Source: an uncultured Thermoleophilia bacterium
GTDB taxonomy: Bacteria; Actinomycetota; Thermoleophilia; UBA2241
Direction of reading: 5' to 3'
DNA length: 64,000 bases
Assembly (NCBI GenBank): GCA_963715985.1
Contig: CAVQSP010000011.1
Location: 320,001 to 384,000, forward strand
The position numbers and the translations under genes were made by a program. The notes beneath the pieces were generated by a model, which saw only the letters and a list, made by a program, of their open reading frames with translations, did no database searches and was not told the origin of the DNA. Shown here piece after piece: positions 61,636 to 64,000 of this stretch; the first letter of the stretch is position 1, and every line of letters starts with the position of its first letter.

Positions 61636-63480
61636 CTACTCCTCCAGGGTCCTGCCGCGCCCGCGGCGCAGCAGGAGGACGACCACGATCGCCGCCACCA
61701 GCACGATCACCGCCACGACCACGTAGATGGCCGTGCTGCCGCCGCCGGACGCCGGCTCGACGGCGGGCCGCGGCCTCAGATTGACGTACGTGTCGATGTT
61801 GTCGTTGATGAAGGCGGCGGGACCCGTACCGGGCGGCACCTGGGTCCAGCCCTCCCACTTCTCCGTGTTGTACGCCTCGAGCTGCTGCTCGTAGTTCGTG
61901 ATGATGAACGGCGCCTCGGCGTAGAAGATCTCGGCCATGCGGTCCACCAGCGGCTTGCGCTCGACCGGGTCGATGGTCTGCGCCTGCTGCTCGTACAGCT
62001 TGTCGTACTCGGCGTTGGACCAGCAGGCGTCGTTCCAGCCGCCGATCTGCGAGCTCGTGAACACGTTGAGGATGTAGTCCGGGTCCACGTACTGTCCCCA
62101 GCCCCAGATGTACATGTCGTAGTCGGGCGCGTACGTGTCGCCCACGTAGTTGTAGAGGGCGTCGCTGATCGCGCCGGAGTCCAGCGTCTGGTAGTCGATG
62201 GTGAGGCCCAACTGGGTGAACCAGCCCGTGACGAGCTTGCCCGTGCTCTGGCTGGCCACGTCGTCGGCGCGGGCCCACAGGCGCAGCGTGATGGGCCTGC
62301 CGCGCTGGTCCACGCGTCTGCCGTCCTTGAGCGGATAGCCGGCGTCCGTGAGCATCTCGCCGGCCTTCTGCAGGTCGAACCCGAAGGTGGAAGCCGGCGG
62401 CGGCTGCCAGTAGTACGTGGGCACGTCCGGGGCGATCAGGCCCTGCGCGACCTTGGCGAACCCCCCGTAGGAGAGGTTGACGATCTTCTGCTTGTCGACG
62501 GCCCAGCTGATGGCCTGCCGGAACTTGCGGTCGCGGAGCACCGGGTTCCCCAGACTGTCGGCGCTGTCGTAGCAGTTCATCGCGATCTCGTCGAAGTAGC
62601 GCAGCTCGGCGGCGTTGGCCTTGACGATGGGGTCCGCCTGGAGGGCCCTGAACTGGGCGGTCGGGATGCCCAGCGCGTAGTCGAGCGTGCCCGTCTTGAG
62701 GTCCTGGGTCATGGTGTCCGCGTTCTGGTACACGGCGAGCACGAGCTCGTCGATGCGCGGCTTGCCGGTGAGCCAGTAGTCCGGGTTCTTGACCAGCTTG
62801 ATGTACTGGCCCTTCTTGACCTCCACCGTCTGGAAGGGCCCGGTGCCGATGATCGGCGGCTTGACCACGAAGTCCTTGCCCGCGCGGTCGCCGGGCACCC
62901 CGCTCCAGACATGTTCCGGCAGGATCGGGATCCACAGACGCAGCATGTTGGCCTTGGGCTTGCTGCAGTGGATCACCACCGTGTACGGGTCGACGGCCTC
63001 CGCGCTGTCGATGTTGTTGGTGTAGCTGGTGAAGGCCGTGAGGTCGTTGTCGATGATGTAGTTGTACGTGAAGGCAACGTCTCTGGCCGTGAACGGCTTC
63101 CCGTCCTGCCACTTGACGCCCGGGCGCAGCGTGAACGTCCACGTCTTGCCGTCCGCGGTCACGCTCCAGCTGGTGGCCAGCTCCGGGCGCGGAGAGAGGT
63201 CGGTGTCGTAGCCCACGAGGAAGTCGTAGTTGAGGTGGAAGATCTCGTAGGACGTGCCGCTCCAGCCGATGAACGGGTTGAGGTTGTCGGCGTCGAAGGT
63301 GGTGCCGAACTGGGCCTTGAGCGGAGCGCTCGACGGCGAGGGCGACGGCGACTCGCCGGCGCGCGCCGGCGATGACAGACCGCACACCAGGCCCAGCGCG
63401 AGCAGAAGGGCGCACACCGCGGGGGCGAGGGCCGCGCACGCGCGCCGGCCCCCCGTGGCGCGCACGGTCGCGAATCGCAT
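61636..63480 (-). CDS. Oligopeptide-type (family 5) substrate-binding protein with C-terminal TM anchor
   Basis: PELATSW...DGKTWTFTLR.GVKWQDG.PFTA.DV, IGTGPF, FRQAI; C-terminal IYVVVAVIVLVAAIVVVLLLRRGR. Confidence 0.92.
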   Translation of the reverse strand: MRFATVRATGGRRACAALAPAVCALLLALGLVCGLSSPARAGESPSPSPSSAPLKAQFGTTFDADNLNPFIGWSGTSYEIFHLNYDFLVGYDTDLSPRPELATSWSVTADGKTWTFTLRPGVKWQDGKPFTARDVAFTYNYIIDNDLTAFTSYTNNIDSAEAVDPYTVVIHCSKPKANMLRLWIPILPEHVWSGVPGDRAGKDFVVKPPIIGTGPFQTVEVKKGQYIKLVKNPDYWLTGKPRIDELVLAVYQNADTMTQDLKTGTLDYALGIPTAQFRALQADPIVKANAAELRYFDEIAMNCYDSADSLGNPVLRDRKFRQAISWAVDKQKIVNLSYGGFAKVAQGLIAPDVPTYYWQPPPASTFGFDLQKAGEMLTDAGYPLKDGRRVDQRGRPITLRLWARADDVASQSTGKLVTGWFTQLGLTIDYQTLDSGAISDALYNYVGDTYAPDYDMYIWGWGQYVDPDYILNVFTSSQIGGWNDACWSNAEYDKLYEQQAQTIDPVERKPLVDRMAEIFYAEAPFIITNYEQQLEAYNTEKWEGWTQVPPGTGPAAFINDNIDTYVNLRPRPAVEPASGGGSTAIYVVVAVIVLVAAIVVVLLLRRGRGRTLEE

Positions 63481-63605
63481 CTCCCCCCCAGTCCGGAGCC
63501 CTGTCCCCCGCGGCGAGCCGGCCCCCCGGCAGCGCCGCAAACGCAGCCCCATGGTACAGCGAGAGGCGGTCCTTGCCTAGGTTCCGGCGAGGGCCGGCGG
63601 ATCGC

Positions 63606-64000
63606 TCATCCGTCAGGTTCCCACACCGGTACGATGCGGAAGTGGAGGCCGGGCACCTCGGCCGCCAGGTCCTTCTCCATGTGCCGGCTCAGCGTGTGCA
63701 CGTGCTCCACCGTCCGGTCGCCGTCGAAGCCGAGCTCGATCTCCACGTAGCGACGCTTGCCGCTGGCGCGGCTGTACACGGTGCCCACCACGTCGTAGTC
63801 GGTGTAGTGGTGGGCCAGGACGCGGAGGATCGTCATCTGCTCCGCCTCCGAGAGCGGCAGGTCCATGAGGGCGCGGAAGTTATGCCGCACGAGGTCCACG
63901 CCGACGATGACCATGTACACGGAGATGGCGAGCGCGACGGCGGGGTCGATGCGGTCGCCGACGGCCGGCAGGCCGAGCTCGATGAGCAGCCAGGCGCAGG
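63606..64000 (-). CDS. Cation diffusion facilitator family transporter, C-terminal part (runs off window end)
   Basis: IDPAVAL TM segment, LMDLPL, then cytoplasmic SRASGKRRYVEIEL domain. Confidence 0.7.
   Translation of the reverse strand, partial: CAWLLIELGLPAVGDRIDPAVALAISVYMVIVGVDLVRHNFRALMDLPLSEAEQMTILRVLAHHYTDYDVVGTVYSRASGKRRYVEIELGFDGDRTVEHVHTLSRHMEKDLAAEVPGLHFRIVPVWEPDG

Overview
A very GC-rich, densely coding chromosomal window, probably from an Actinomycetota lineage with anaerobic traits such as Thermoleophilia (inferred from gene content, not tested). No rRNA, tRNA, CRISPR array, IS element or prophage is visible. Main loci: a sugar operon (SMP-30, SDR, SCP2, debranching-type glycosidase), an OmpR-family two-component pair, DUF1611-pepE, DUF438/PAS genes behind an FNR/CRP-like box, tandem methyltransferases, a secreted S55 peptidase, asp23-amaP, nrdR-nrdJ with a LAGLIDADG intein at the catalytic Cys, sdhCDAB, hsp20-lon, a DEDDh/GIY-YIG nuclease and an orphan anchored peptide-binding protein. 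Best candidates for something undescribed: (1) a partner-switching module with no sigma factor nearby (RsbW, orphan NMT1/THI5 binding protein, Cache-HAMP-PP2C, STAS) convergent on an RsbW-GNAT fusion; (2) an ORF-less sRNA candidate with its own promoter and C-rich loops at ~28.17-28.30 kb; (3) a 26-bp motif shared upstream of nrdR-nrdJ and the nuclease; (4) a 53-bp-period palindromic repeat after nrdJ. Several single-base frameshifts look like long-read consensus errors. All family assignments come from motif recognition by eye, without database searches.
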